From Selaginella moellendorffii (Eukaryota; Plantae; Lycopodiophyta): DNA of 64,000 bases. The DNA lies in NCBI RefSeq assembly GCF_000143415.4, contig NW_003314262.1, positions 4,249,816 to 4,313,815 on the forward strand, read 5' to 3'. How positions within the stretch are numbered: the stretch's first letter is position 1; each line of letters opens with the position of its first letter. The notes below the pieces were generated by a model. The model was not told the DNA's origin. It saw only the letters and a list, made by a program, of their open reading frames with translations, and ran no database searches. The position numbers and the translations under genes are program-made. Positions 1 through 11,285 of the stretch are shown piece after piece.

Positions 1-567
1 TTTAAGACGCTAGAGCGAGATGATCCAAAGGAGCAAAGGCGGTATCTAGTGACAAAGAGATACTTGCTTGGAGAAAAAAGACTCTTACTTCGAGGAACTC
101 GCAGCGAGCGCTGATTGATGGACTGCTTTTTAAAAGCTCGCTAGCTAGTACTCGTACGTGGATATGTTCTTCCCGAGGAGGCTAGAAGCAAGGAAACAAA
201 CAGGGAATTAGGCAAAAGAAGAGCCTCAATCAGAGCCACCGACCATTCAGTGCATCAAAGAGCTGGCTGTGCGAAAGAAGACACTGGCCTGGTAGATCCG
301 TTCGTAGTCCATTCCCATCGCCTCTCTCGCCTCGATTCTCGCTCGTTCTACCCCGTTTCTACACGAAATATCAATTGAATATTGCGCAATCGCCAAATCC
401 CTGGAAAAAAAGCTCTAAGATCATGCTTGCCGGCGCCATTGGCACCTAGATCTAGCGCCAGCGCTCTCAACCTCGACGAGAAATCTCTCGCATTGTCCAG
501 CGCCACTCCAAGAGCCCTAAAAATACAAACAAATAGATTCCCACTTTTAAAAATCAAACGTTCCTTC

Positions 568-2266
568 CTATTGGTGGCTCCCTTGTTGCTTGCCCGACGC
601 GAAGCTTACACCGTTGCATGGAGATGCCGACGCCGATGCCAAAAGATTCTCGCCGGTCGATCCACTCCTGGCCGCTGCTGCCGCCTCCAATCTCCTCCAC
701 TTGGCCTCCCTCTTGTCCTCCACCACCTTGTGCTTGGCCTCCTCCTCCTCAAACCTCTTCTGGCACTCGCTAAACAGCTCGGGATCCATCTCTACCAGCA
801 TCTTGCGGACGTTGAGCGTCAAGTTGTGGACCGTCTGGTTCCAGTGGCTCCGGCTGTTCTTCTCCAGCGAGCTGAACACCAGCGGAAGAATCACTTGCCG
901 GTTCTGCGCAACCAGGTTGACAATGTGATCGTTGTTCCAGAGAAACAGCGCTCTCTCGGCTACCTGTGCGAGAAAGAAAAACCAGTTTTTGTTAGCTTTC
1001 GATCCTGGCAGCGTGAACACTACTGACCTGGAAGTGAGAGCTGTTGAGGCAGCGCGCGAGCTGACGAAACAACGGGACCATACAGCGCTGGAACTCGGCG
1101 GCTTGAGTTCCTTCCAGGATCTCCTCCATCTCGCCCAGGAAGAGCACCTCTTTCTGGCTGTTGACAACGGGCCAGTATTTGAGAAGCCCCCGGATGACCG
1201 TGTCCGCCAGCTTCAGATCCTTCTCCACGAACTGCGTGATGCAGTACGAGAGCTGCTGGTGGTACTGCGACACGAACCTCGGCTTGTGCAGCGGGATGAG
1301 CGCCCGGACGAGGAAGAGCTTGTGTTCTTCCTTGAGCGGCAGCGCGAAGCCGTTGATGATGCTCCCCAGGATCTCGAGCAGCTCCGCGATGCCGTTGTGC
1401 CTCTCGGTCTCGAAGATGAACCGATAGAAGATGTTGTTGATGGCCTTCCGGATGAATGGCCGGTGGACCATGAACTTGCCGTAAATCCTGTGAAGGATGG
1501 TCTTGAGGTAGTCCCTCTCCCTGGGATCGTCCGAGTCGAACAGGTCCAGAAGCCTCAGGACGAAGGCGTGGTCGACGTATCTCTTGGCGATCTTGGCGTC
1601 CGTGTCAGTCGAAACCACGTAGCGCAGCAAAAACTCGTAGACGAGCTGCAAGTGTGGCCATGCAGGATCCATGATCGGCTCCTCCTCCTCTTGCTCCAAG
1701 CTCTCCGACGACCCCGACAAATCCCTCGCGGATGGCGGCAAAGATCGGTGGATGTTGGCTGTGACCATCTTCACAACCTCCTCCGACACCACCTCGTTGA
1801 GCTTCCCCGTCGTCCCCGAGGAGATGTAGTCGACGAGCTCCAGCAGCGTCTGGCGCTTCATCTCTTTCTCCTTTGGATTCTTGGACGAGTCCGTGAAGTC
1901 GAAGGTGATGGAGCAGAGCTTGAGCTTCCGGACGAGTAGCGCTTGGCGGTCGGAGCTGGGAACGTCCTTGAGCGACACTAGCGGATCTGAGAAAGAGGTG
2001 GGTTGTCCATTCAAGGAGCTCTGGAGCTCCAGAGGCTTCGCTTGCAAGCTCTGGTACTGCTGCTGCTGCTGCTGCTGCTGCTGTATCAAAGGGCCGGAGC
2101 TACTCCTATAAGCGGTGGCAGCAGTAGCGCTGGATTTCCCGGCCGCCGCGCCCGCGCGACCATTCTGATGAGCTACCCCATTGGATTTCCTATCCCCGGA
2201 CGATTCATTGTCCACTTTGGTCGATGCCGAGAGCTTGGGAAACCAATACCGCCATTTCTTCTTCAT
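568..2266 (-). CDS. Protein phosphatase 2A regulatory subunit B' (B56 family); 2 exons, 2266..1028 and 963..568, ~544 aa
   Basis: B56 motifs [57 protein letters not shown] and HFQ|[12 protein letters not shown] 64-nt GT..AG intron (964-1027) joins ORF 992..2266 to ORF 568..1167 in frame. Confidence 0.95.
2056..2085 (-). repeat. (CAG)n trinucleotide repeat encoding poly-Gln in the PP2A B' N-terminus
   Basis: tgctgctgc run on the + strand; poly-Q tract in the translation. Confidence 0.9.
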
Positions 2267-2756
2267 CCCTGCGCAGGGCGAGCCTCACATCTAGCAATGT
2301 ATCCTTTCCCTGCCGCAGATCCTTGCCCCAGCGGCGGCCTAAAACCCTCAAATTCCGGAGATCCACGCCGATCTTACCTCGCAGCCAGCGAATGCGCGGC
2401 ATTCTCCATACCTCGCGAAGAACAGCCGGATCTGTGGCCGGCAGATCCAGCCCATGGGGAGGCGACCCCCGCCGATTCGTGGCCACAGTAGGGATTGCAG
2501 CCGCGGCAGCTCAATCGCGAGCGGATCTTCGCTGCTCGTCCCTCAAACCCTAGGCGCTATCTACCTATCCATCGCAGCCGCAAACAATACTCTAGCAATG
2601 AGATAGAATATATAAGTGATTATAGCCCCAAAGCTCTGGCAAAATAAATGAGAGGATTCTAGATCCTTGGAATCTCCCCCCACGAAAGAAGAGCTCTTCT
2701 TCCAATCTTGCTTTCGATCGTTCGTTCGTCATGCTACATTTCTCGATCCGGGAGGA
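2267..2756. promoter_or_regulatory. Short divergent intergenic region (putative bidirectional promoter plus 5' UTRs) with a telo-box AAACCCTA at 2545-2552
   Basis: The two ATGs (2266 minus, 2757 plus) are ~490 bp apart; AAACCCTA is a known plant cis-element. Confidence 0.45.
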
Positions 2757-4841
2757 ATGCCAGCTCCAAGCGCGCAGGATCTCGCGGCGGCGGCGCGGCA
2801 GTGCGGCGGTGCCAGGGATCTCGCCTCCGCCCGACGCCTGCACGCTAGGGTTTGCTCCAGCGAGCACCGTGCGAGCCTCTTCCTCGCGAATCTGCTCATC
2901 GAGATGTACGGGCGATGCGGCGGCGTGGAGGACGCGCGCCAGTTGTTCCTCTCGCTGCCGGATCCCAATGTTTTCTCCTGGAATATCATGATCCAGTGCC
3001 TGATCCAGAATGGACTCGTCGAGGAGGCAGCGGGGACGTTTGATCAGATGCCGGTCAGGAGCATCGTCTCCTGGAATTCGATGATCGCGGCGAATGCTCA
3101 CGCTGGAAACATGCGCCAGGCACTGGATCTCTTCGATCGGATGCCGCAGAAGGACATCGTCTCTTGGAACTCGATCATCTCTGGCTACGTCCAAAACGGA
3201 GAAATCTCGAAAGCGCTAGCTCTCTTCGATCGGATGCCCGAGCACGATGTTTTCTCTTGGTCAGCGGCGATCATAGCAAATGCCCAGATAGGGAATCTTG
3301 CGGCCGCTGTGATCATCTTCTCCACAATGGCGGAGTGGAATGTGATCGCCTGGAACTCCATGATCACCTTGTACGCGCAGAATGGATTCCTCCGTCACGC
3401 CAAGAGCTGCTTCGATTCGATGCCCGAGCGAGACATGGCTTCCTGGAATGCGATGCTGGCAGCATTTGCCCATGGCGGGATGATCCAAGAGGCGATCGAT
3501 CTCTACCACCTGATGCCACGATGGGACACTCTCTCCTGGAACGTAATGATCTTCGTGTTCGCGGCGGCAGGAAAGATCCACAGAGCCAGGGAGATCTTCG
3601 ACAGCCAGCGAGAGAGAAGCCCGAGCTCTTGGAACTCGATGATCGCGGCCTACGCGCAGATGGGCGATTTGGAAGAAGCTCGCAGGCTGCTGGAAGCGAT
3701 GGCGCTGCCGGATCCTCTGTCCTGGGCACCACTGCTAGCTGCTTACGCACAGAAGGGAGAGATCGCGGAAGCAAAATCCCTGTTTGATCGGCTGGATCGC
3801 AACAAGAGCATCGTCTCCGCAAACTCGATGATCTCGGCCTACACGATCTCCGGCAAGATCGACGCGGCTGCCACGATCTTCGACCAGATGCCCCAGAGAA
3901 ATACCGCTACTTGGAACGCGATGCTCGCGGCGTATGCCCAAAGCGGCGATGTCTCCATCACGACCAGATTCTTCCACTCCATGCCGGCTCGCAGTGTCGT
4001 CTCGTGGACCACCATGATCGCGGCAGTGAGCGAGAGCGGCGATCCAGGCCTGGCCAGGAAGATCTTCGACGGAATGTTGGATCGAAGCACTGTCTCCTGG
4101 AACTCGATGATCACGGGGTATGCCAGTAACGATCTCTCCGACCAAGCGATTGTGCTCTTCCAGCTGATGATCGCGGAAGGAGTCCAGCCCGATGAGATCA
4201 CTTTCGTGGCTGCTCTAGCCGCTTGCGCCGACTCGCAAGACTTAGAACAAGGCCAGCGAATCCATAGCATGATCGCGGAGTACGATTCCAAGGCAACTTC
4301 CACCACCATCGCCACCAGCGTTTCTTCGTCTCTCATCGCCATGTATGGGAAGTGTGGCTGCCTCGAGACCGCTGCTCACGTCTTCCACAGCGTTGCTCGC
4401 AAGGATCTGGTCTGCTGGAACGCGATGATCGCGATTTACGGCCAAGCTGGTCACATCGTCCGGTCCCTCGAGACCTTTCACAGCCTACACCTGGAAGGAA
4501 TGCTGCCGGATCAAGTCACGTTCGTCTGCGTTCTAGCTGATTGTAGCCACGCTGGTCTGCTCGAAGTTGGCTACCAGATCTTCTGCTCGATCACTGTGAG
4601 CTACGGACTATCCTTGCTCGGAGATCACTGCCGCTGCATGGTTGATCTCCTCGGACGCTCTGGCCGGCTGGAAGAGGCCGAGGAGTTGATACGTTCCATG
4701 CCATCCCAGGCGGGGAGCTCCGCCTGGACGAGCCTGCTTGCTTCTTGCCGGATCCATAGCGACGCACGGCGAGCCGCCAGAGCCGGGCGGTATGCTAAAG
4801 CACCAGTTTTGCTCACCAATATCCTCGTCGAAAGTCACTGA
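2757..4841 (+). CDS. PLS-class pentatricopeptide repeat protein; intronless, long run of 31-aa SS-type motifs, ending in a shortened E region with no DYW
   Basis: Repeating (V)SWNSMIxAYAQxGxxxxAxxxFDxMPxR units, then PDEITFVAALAAC, SLIAMYGKCG, CMVDLLGRSGRLEEAEELI, AWTSLLASCRIH. First ATG in the frame is at 2757. Confidence 0.93.
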   Translation: MPAPSAQDLAAAARQCGGARDLASARRLHARVCSSEHRASLFLANLLIEMYGRCGGVEDARQLFLSLPDPNVFSWNIMIQCLIQNGLVEEAAGTFDQMPVRSIVSWNSMIAANAHAGNMRQALDLFDRMPQKDIVSWNSIISGYVQNGEISKALALFDRMPEHDVFSWSAAIIANAQIGNLAAAVIIFSTMAEWNVIAWNSMITLYAQNGFLRHAKSCFDSMPERDMASWNAMLAAFAHGGMIQEAIDLYHLMPRWDTLSWNVMIFVFAAAGKIHRAREIFDSQRERSPSSWNSMIAAYAQMGDLEEARRLLEAMALPDPLSWAPLLAAYAQKGEIAEAKSLFDRLDRNKSIVSANSMISAYTISGKIDAAATIFDQMPQRNTATWNAMLAAYAQSGDVSITTRFFHSMPARSVVSWTTMIAAVSESGDPGLARKIFDGMLDRSTVSWNSMITGYASNDLSDQAIVLFQLMIAEGVQPDEITFVAALAACADSQDLEQGQRIHSMIAEYDSKATSTTIATSVSSSLIAMYGKCGCLETAAHVFHSVARKDLVCWNAMIAIYGQAGHIVRSLETFHSLHLEGMLPDQVTFVCVLADCSHAGLLEVGYQIFCSITVSYGLSLLGDHCRCMVDLLGRSGRLEEAEELIRSMPSQAGSSAWTSLLASCRIHSDARRAARAGRYAKAPVLLTNILVESH

Positions 4842-5054
4842 TATTTTTTTTTTAGTTTTCCATAGATCATAGGCGAGAAGTATCGATGAAGAACACGAAA
4901 CAATATCCTCCGCGTAGAGCTGGAAAACGTTGAATGCTTCGATGCTGCAAACTTGAAAGTTGTAGCAAAATAGACTACCTCTTCCCACAGGAGCAGCGTT
5001 TCGCAGGCGTCAAATTCATATTCCAGTGGCTCGTAGATTTTAGATTGCCTCCTT
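4842..5054 (-). pseudogene. Collapsed remnant of the GT29 gene followed by the last nucleotides of the tRNA-Cys (ttgcctcct, + strand, 5045-5053)
   Basis: [20 protein letters not shown] matches exon 4 of the intact GT29 (~8770-8846); ttgcctcct equals the tRNA 3' end at 19755-19763. Confidence 0.75.
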
Positions 5055-5333
5055 AACATATTTCTATGTCGTGCACAAGTGTGTTTATAGTCCTACTGTG
5101 AAGCATTCCACTAGGAACTGTAGTGTTCGTCAGCGAATTGTTGTTAACAAGCAAGTAGCAAGAAAAAAAATTGAAGAAAGCACAACATGAGTTTGATAAA
5201 ACCACTGTAGTGTTTGACTCCTCGGAATCCATTTTTTTTATGTTCCCATGCGCTCCACGTGGTTGTGGTAGTATAAAATGGCGCAGTTTCCAGCCTAACT
5301 CTCACTCCTCTCTAGTGTGTTTCTTATAAGATC

Positions 5334-6646
5334 ATGGCTCTCACAGCAGCTCCAAAGTTCTACAGCATCGAGTCAGTTGCTTATCCTGGCTACTATGTTA
5401 CTCAGCAAGGCACCCAGATTGTTCTCAAGTCCAAGGACGCGCTCAATCCCTTCCAGGTAATCCGTGATCCAGATCTCGAACTTATCAAGATCACGTAGAA
5501 CTGATCAAAGTTTTTATCATCTTGGTTTTGATGGGTAACTCTTCTGCAGCTGTGGTACAGGGACGAGTCATGGCAGTTCCTGACCCAGGAGATCAGTGAC
5601 CTCTCTGCGTTCGTGTTTATAAACCACGGCTCCAAGAAAGCTCTCCGCTCCCAGGAAATCGCAACTTCTCGACACTTTGCCAAGGTATAGCATCACTGCA
5701 AGTTTGTCTCACTTAAATACGTTTGCTCAAAATGAAATGAAAGGCTACTGTTCGAGACTATGATCCGGCTGTCGAGGACGATTCTCTCCTCTGGTCTGTT
5801 AGCCGAAGCTCGGACGATCAAGTTTCGATCACAATGACTGGGAATTCGTCTGTGTTCTTGAGCCACACTTCCTCAAGTTCCAACTTCAAAGACGGGGTAC
5901 CGGTGGTGACATCCACCAGCGGTGGAAGCTCCCGGTGGAAGCTCGTCACTTACGGTAATCCTCTGGACTTGTGGCCAATTCCCTTTGATCTTCTCGTTGT
6001 GCTGCACAGAGCCTTCTCAAGTGTACAGGATTCTGTGTCACTGGTTTGGGCAGTACTTGACTTGGAAGCAGCAAAATGTGGACGTAACTTTCAAGGATGC
6101 AATCAAGCACAACGACGAGACAAACGTGGTGGCTGTTAGTCCAAACAACATTTCTCTCGACGGCATGGTTTGTAACTTTGATCTGACACTATCATCTTGG
6201 ATCTCAAATGTGTTATCATAATAGATATGGTACAAGGTTCCTGCCGGAGGCCGAGACGATACTACGTACTTCACCTCGTTCATCCTCATAAACAAGGTGA
6301 CTGGTTTAGCACTGAAAGGGTCGACAAAGCCGGGAGACAAGGTACTCTTTGAAAACTTTGAGGAACTTTGCAAACTAAACTTGGACGATCGTCGCAGGTG
6401 CTCTTGACTCAATATGATCCTCTCGACTACGGTTTCGTGTGGTCTGAGAACCGATTCCAGGCTTCAAACACGGACTATCTCGCAATCAATCTGGATGGAA
6501 CAAACTTGCAGTGGGCTCTGCAGAACGATGATCAGTACCAGAACAGTGCGTGGTACCATCCTCTCACGCTCCGCCCGGCATCTGCAAACCAAGGATATCT
6601 TGAGCAGCAGGCCTGGAAATTCAATCCAGTGGTGGCAGGCAGTTAA
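5334..6646 (+). CDS. Two-domain Euonymus-lectin-like (EUL, ricin-B/beta-trefoil) protein, copy A; exons 5334-5456, 5550-5684, 5744-5954, 6010-6167, 6225-6341, 6398-6646; ~330 aa, intact
   Basis: Manual splicing at GT-AG gives an open frame. The pattern Q|LWYRD..AFVFIN..KALR..DYDP..LLWS..KDGVPVV..RWKLVTY parallels the EUL consensus (QHWYKD..AFALVNK..PYNP..ILWT..DGTTIVL..QRWKIVPY) and recurs in domain 2 (WYK..FILINKVTGLALK..QYDP..VWSE..QAWKFNP). TATAAAA at 5272. Confidence 0.85.
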
Positions 6647-6695
6647 CCATGAACCATGCTGTACTCATTACCAGTTTTCTTCTTGCAAATAAAAC

Positions 6696-7324
6696 TCCCT
6701 GTTTGATTATGATCGGCTCGATCATCGTCTCCGCAAACACGATAATCTCAGGCTAATCTCCGGCAAGATCGCCTCAGCTCCCAGAATCTTCGAGATGTCC
6801 CGCGACTTCGTAAGCCCAAAGCGGCGATGTCTAGATTCTTCCACTCCATGCCGGCTCGCAGCGGCGTCTTGTGCTCCAGGCCTGGCCAGAAAGATCTTGT
6901 TTGATCGAAGTCCTGTCTCTTGGAACTGTCTCTTGGGTGATCGCGATTTACGGCCAAGCTGGTCGCATCGTCCGGTCCCTCCAGATCATTCACAGCTTCC
7001 ACTTGAAAGGAATGCTGCCGGATCAAGTCACGTTCGTCTGCGTTCTAGCTGCGTGTAGCCACGCTGGTCTGCTCGAAGTTGCGTACGAGAACTTCTGCTC
7101 CATCACTGTGAACTACGGGCTTTCCTTGCTCGGAGATCACTGCCGCTGCATGGTTGGTCTCCTCGGATGCTCTGGCCAGCAGGAAGAGGCCGACGCATGC
7201 CATCGCAGCCGGTGCCTGGACGAGCCTGCTAGCTTCTTGCCGGATCCATAGTGACGCACGGCGAGCTGCCAGAGCCGGGCGGTATGCTAAAGCGCCAGTT
7301 TTGCGTCCTCGTCGAGAGTCACTA
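6696..7324 (+). pseudogene. Internally deleted remnant of the PPR gene (3' part)
   Basis: Patchwork of segments matching 3778-4838 with many deletions and frameshifts. Confidence 0.9.
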
Positions 7325-9355
7325 TTTCCCATGGCTGCGTTGCTCCTCCTGCTGTGGTCTGATGCACACTAGGTCCTCGAGCTTGTTGCCGTCGATCTTG
7401 TACATGGTGACGCCTTCCATGGCGCGGTAATGGTGTTGAGCTTGACTCCTCAGGGAGTTCACGCTTGTTTTCTCCCACTTTGCGTAGTTTGAGTTCTTGC
7501 GGGTCTCGCTCATGTCTTTTGATCCTGACAGGCGTCCATTTCGAGATGAACTTCCCCATACTTTGCAGTTCTTGAAAGCTCCATGGTCTTTGCCAGGCTT
7601 TCGTTTGAGTCCCATTGCTGCGTAGTAGGCTGCGTTTACTGTCGCTCGGGTCGGAATGACCGACCAGTCTTGCTTTCTGGCTTCTCGCATTGGAGAATGC
7701 AGCCTCATTGTCTGTATACACGGAGACTGTCAATGATAATCCATAGTCGTTCTTCTTACCCCGAGGCACTCCAACAGTTGATAGTAGGCTCTGCCTTGTA
7801 GTGGATTGTGTCCCTTGCGAGGAGCCGAGAAGTAACGAGTCCTATAGATGAAAAGAATGGTACAATGATAAGAAGTTGGAAGAAGTGTGAGTCAATACCA
7901 TTCCGTGTAGCCTGGATCCACCGTAAAACCATACATATCCACCGAGTCACACATTGACAAGGCGAGCTCCAAAGACTTAATGCCTGTCCCTTTCGCTCCC
8001 CGACGGAAAACTACACCTTGGAACAAGTAGACAGGATTCGGAAGAAGCTGTAAAAGATAAAACTCAGTTAGCAAACAGCATAGCAAGCGTCAAAGGCCCT
8101 ATTACTTTTATTTTAGCGTTGAAGTCCCGATGTATAACACTCTTGATAATCAACACTTCATCATCTGCAAAAATCCTCTTTTGCATTAAGCCAGTACTTC
8201 GTTCATAGACTTCTAGTACGTACCAGATCCCTTTGCAACCTCAAGCAGGTTTCTTACTACTCCACGAGCCATCAATCGAAAACTCCGTTTCATGCCAACA
8301 TGCTTTGCGTATTTCTGTGAAAAGAAAGCAACTTTTGCGAGCTCAGTAGTACGCAACCTTTGTGAGGTGATTACCGTGGTCACTGGTGCCTCATTGTCTC
8401 GGATGACAATATCGTGAGCATCTATCTCCTTTCCAAACTCCGTCTTTAAAAGGTCTCCCGAGTTCCCCACCACCGCACAGGTCCTAAACTGGCGCGGCCA
8501 AAACGGTGGCTTTGGCGGTAGTATCAACTCGAGATGTTCTTCGCACAGGCTTCGATTGGAACAGTTAGCTGCACCCCTGCACAACTAGATTAAAAACTTC
8601 CATCAACATCAAGCTTAGCTTACAGTTGAGCTATTCGTTTCGCAGCGTAGTCCATCCACCCATCGGGACGTGCATCCAAATACTCGCGAGTCAATATCGT
8701 TGTGACGTTTCGATACTGCAAACTCAAAAGCGTTATTTGAATCAAGAGCAAAATTTGCAGCAAATTACCTGTTCCCACAGGAGCAGCGTCTCGCAGACGT
8801 CAAATTCATACTCCAGTGGCTCGTAGATTTTGAACTGCTCATTACGCTGTACCGAGTAAACTTGTAAGCTTCGATCACGCAAAAATATTGCTAGTTACTT
8901 ACCCAGGTACTATTTGTTCCCTCCGGATATTTCAGCACGATCTTGCAAGCATCCTTCACGGTTGCAGTCAATCCAAGCCCATTTCTCTCCTGTAAAAAGA
9001 AAGCATTGAAGCATCACTACTCTCCAACGAAGAAAACAAAGGAAAAAACATATAAGATCGAGAAAACTTACCACGCATTTTTGGACTTGACGCTGGAACG
9101 AATCAAGTGTAGAAGCGTCCCGATCTCGCAAGAAAAAGAAAAATCCCGGGCGCTGCAAGCCTACATTTCTCCCGCAACAAAGATCGATCGATCCACATCC
9201 AACAATCGCAGCGAGATACCTTCCAAGAAGAAGAGCCCTTGGGGCGCCAGGAACAGGAGGCAGATCAGGGACACCAGCGCCGCAATCGCAAGTGGGAGCG
9301 ACAGTAGCAAGGCTCGCTGCCGCCGCTGCTGCTTGGGCGGCTGCTTCCACGCCAT
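7322..9355 (-). CDS. Sialyltransferase-like protein (glycosyltransferase family GT29, plant SIA1/MGP2-SIA2 type); ~11 exons, apparently intact
   Basis: N-terminal TM anchor ([22 protein letters not shown]), sialylmotif L ([32 protein letters not shown]), sialylmotif S region ([22 protein letters not shown]). All exons join in frame at GT-AG by manual inspection. Confidence 0.88.
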
Positions 9356-9466
9356 TTTTCGCCCCCTCCTACGCACGGATCAAGCGAGCTCCTCCCTGTA
9401 AACCTAGCTCGGGGAGCAATGCTCAGCTGTCAGATTAAAGCAGGCTCAGTTAATTAACATGTTAAT

Positions 9467-9516
9467 GGAGGTATAGCTCAGCGGCTGCAGTCCGATAGGT
9501 CACCAGTTCAATCCTT
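9467..9516 (+). pseudogene. tRNA-Cys pseudogene with two internal deletions
   Basis: Same as 19692-19763 but lacking tagagcaatcgg (D-arm 3' side and anticodon stem 5' side) and most of the T-stem/acceptor 3' strand. Confidence 0.85.
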
Positions 9517-9785
9517 CGCCAATAAATTCTTCTATCAAAACAAATCTGTCAGCGTTGGTCTTTATAAGCTGGACGCCACCATCGATAACCTTTCAGCCAA
9601 CGCTACAAAGTCAGTGTAAGAAGTGTAAGAAGTGTAAGGAAGTGGAAGGCAGTGTGAAACACATGGGATAATGCGAGAGAAGCTTGCCACTATATAAATT
9701 GGCATACGTTCAAAGAGCTCTATAACTTCACACTCATCCCTTTGGCTTCTCAAAAGCTTTAGTCTTTTCTTAAGAGTTTAGAGAC

Positions 9786-11073
9786 ATGGCTCTCACAGCA
9801 GCTCCAAAGTTCTACACCATCGAGTCCGCTGCTTATCCTGGCTATTGCATTACTCAGCAAGGCACCCAGATTGTTCTCAGGTCCAAGGACGCGCTCAACC
9901 CCTTCCAGGTAAAATCTTTGAAAATCTTTGCCGGTTGTCGATCATCATGGGAAACTCTTGTGCAGCTGTGGTACCGGGATGAGTCATGGAACTTGCTGAA
10001 CCAGGACTCCGCGTTCGTGTTTGTAAACCACGGCTCTAAGAAAGCTCTCCGGTCCCAGGCACACTCAACGTCTCGAAGCAAGGTAAACAGAAAACAGTAT
10101 TCATACTATACACTGTTGCTGATCATATGGAATTTTGATGGCAAAAGGCTACTATTGGAGACTATGATCCGGCAGTCCAAGACGATTATCTCCTGTGGCG
10201 TATTTCCGGGAGCCACGAAAATCAAGTCTTGATCACCATGACTGGAAACAAGTCATTTTTTCTGAGCCACACTTCCTCAAGTGCTAGCTTCAAGGATGGG
10301 GTGCCAGTGGTGACATCCAACAGCGATGGAAACTCTCACTGGAAGCTCGTCACTTACGGTAAGCTCATGAATCATATGATTTGTTCTTCTCGGTTGTGGC
10401 TCATATATATGATGATGATGCACAGAGCCTTCTCAAGAGTACAGGATTCTATGCCACTGGGTTGGGCAGTACTTGACTTGGAAGCAGCAAAATGTGGATG
10501 TAACTTTCAAGAATGCAATCAAGCACAACGACGAGACAAATGTGGTGGCTATTCATCCAAGCAACGTTCCTCTCGACGGCATGGTTTGTACTTTTGTCGT
10601 TCTTTGTAATCTTATCTCATTCTATTTGATTACATATAGACATGGTACAAGGTTCCCGCTGGAGGAAGAGATGATACCACGTACTTCACCTCGTTCGTTC
10701 TCATAAACAAGGTGACTGGTCTTGCTCTCAAGGGGTCAACCAAGCCGGGAGACAAGGTAACTAGTGCACACTGTTGAAAACTTGAAGAAGTTTGCAAACT
10801 AAACGAATTGGATGATCATGGCAGGTGCTCTTGACTCAATATGATCCTCTCGACTACGGTTTCGTGTGGTCTGAGAACCGATTCCAGGCTTCACTCACGG
10901 ACCATCTCGCGATCAATCTGGATGGAACCAACTTGCAGTGGGCTCTGCAGAACGACGATCAGTACCAGAACAGTGCGTGGTATCATCCTCTCGTGCTTCG
11001 CCCGGCATCTGCAAACCAAGTATTTAATACGCAGCAGGCCTGGAAATTCAATCCAGTGGTGGCAGGGAATTGA
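9786..11073 (+). CDS. Two-domain EUL lectin-like protein, copy B; 6 exons, intact
   Basis: Same exon-intron layout as copy A; no stops after manual splicing; TATATAAA at 9691. Confidence 0.85.
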
Positions 11074-11285
11074 CTATCAGCCATGTTGTATACATAAGGG
11101 ACACGCTTACCACTTTTCTTCTTGCAAATAACAAGACTTTTCACGGGAAAAAGAAGCTGAGCACTCCCCATTTGTTTCCTTTTCCCATGGAAGCCATGAG
11201 TTTTCGTTCATTTCCAGTGTCTGCAAGGATCGACGATTTAAGATAAAACAAAAACATTATGACTATCGACTATCATTCCATATAG

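Noticed and set aside
382-1939. Plus-strand ORFs of 214 and 335 aa
   Set aside because: Antisense shadows of the GC-rich PP2A B' coding sequence
2592-4481. Multiple alternative-frame and antisense ORFs over the PPR gene
   Set aside because: Shadow ORFs of a repetitive GC-rich CDS; no independent motifs
9909-9965. Stop-free in-frame first intron of lectin B (and E) as a coding extension
   Set aside because: Canonical GT-AG at the same position as the longer, non-homologous-length intron of copy A; short stop-free introns occur by chance
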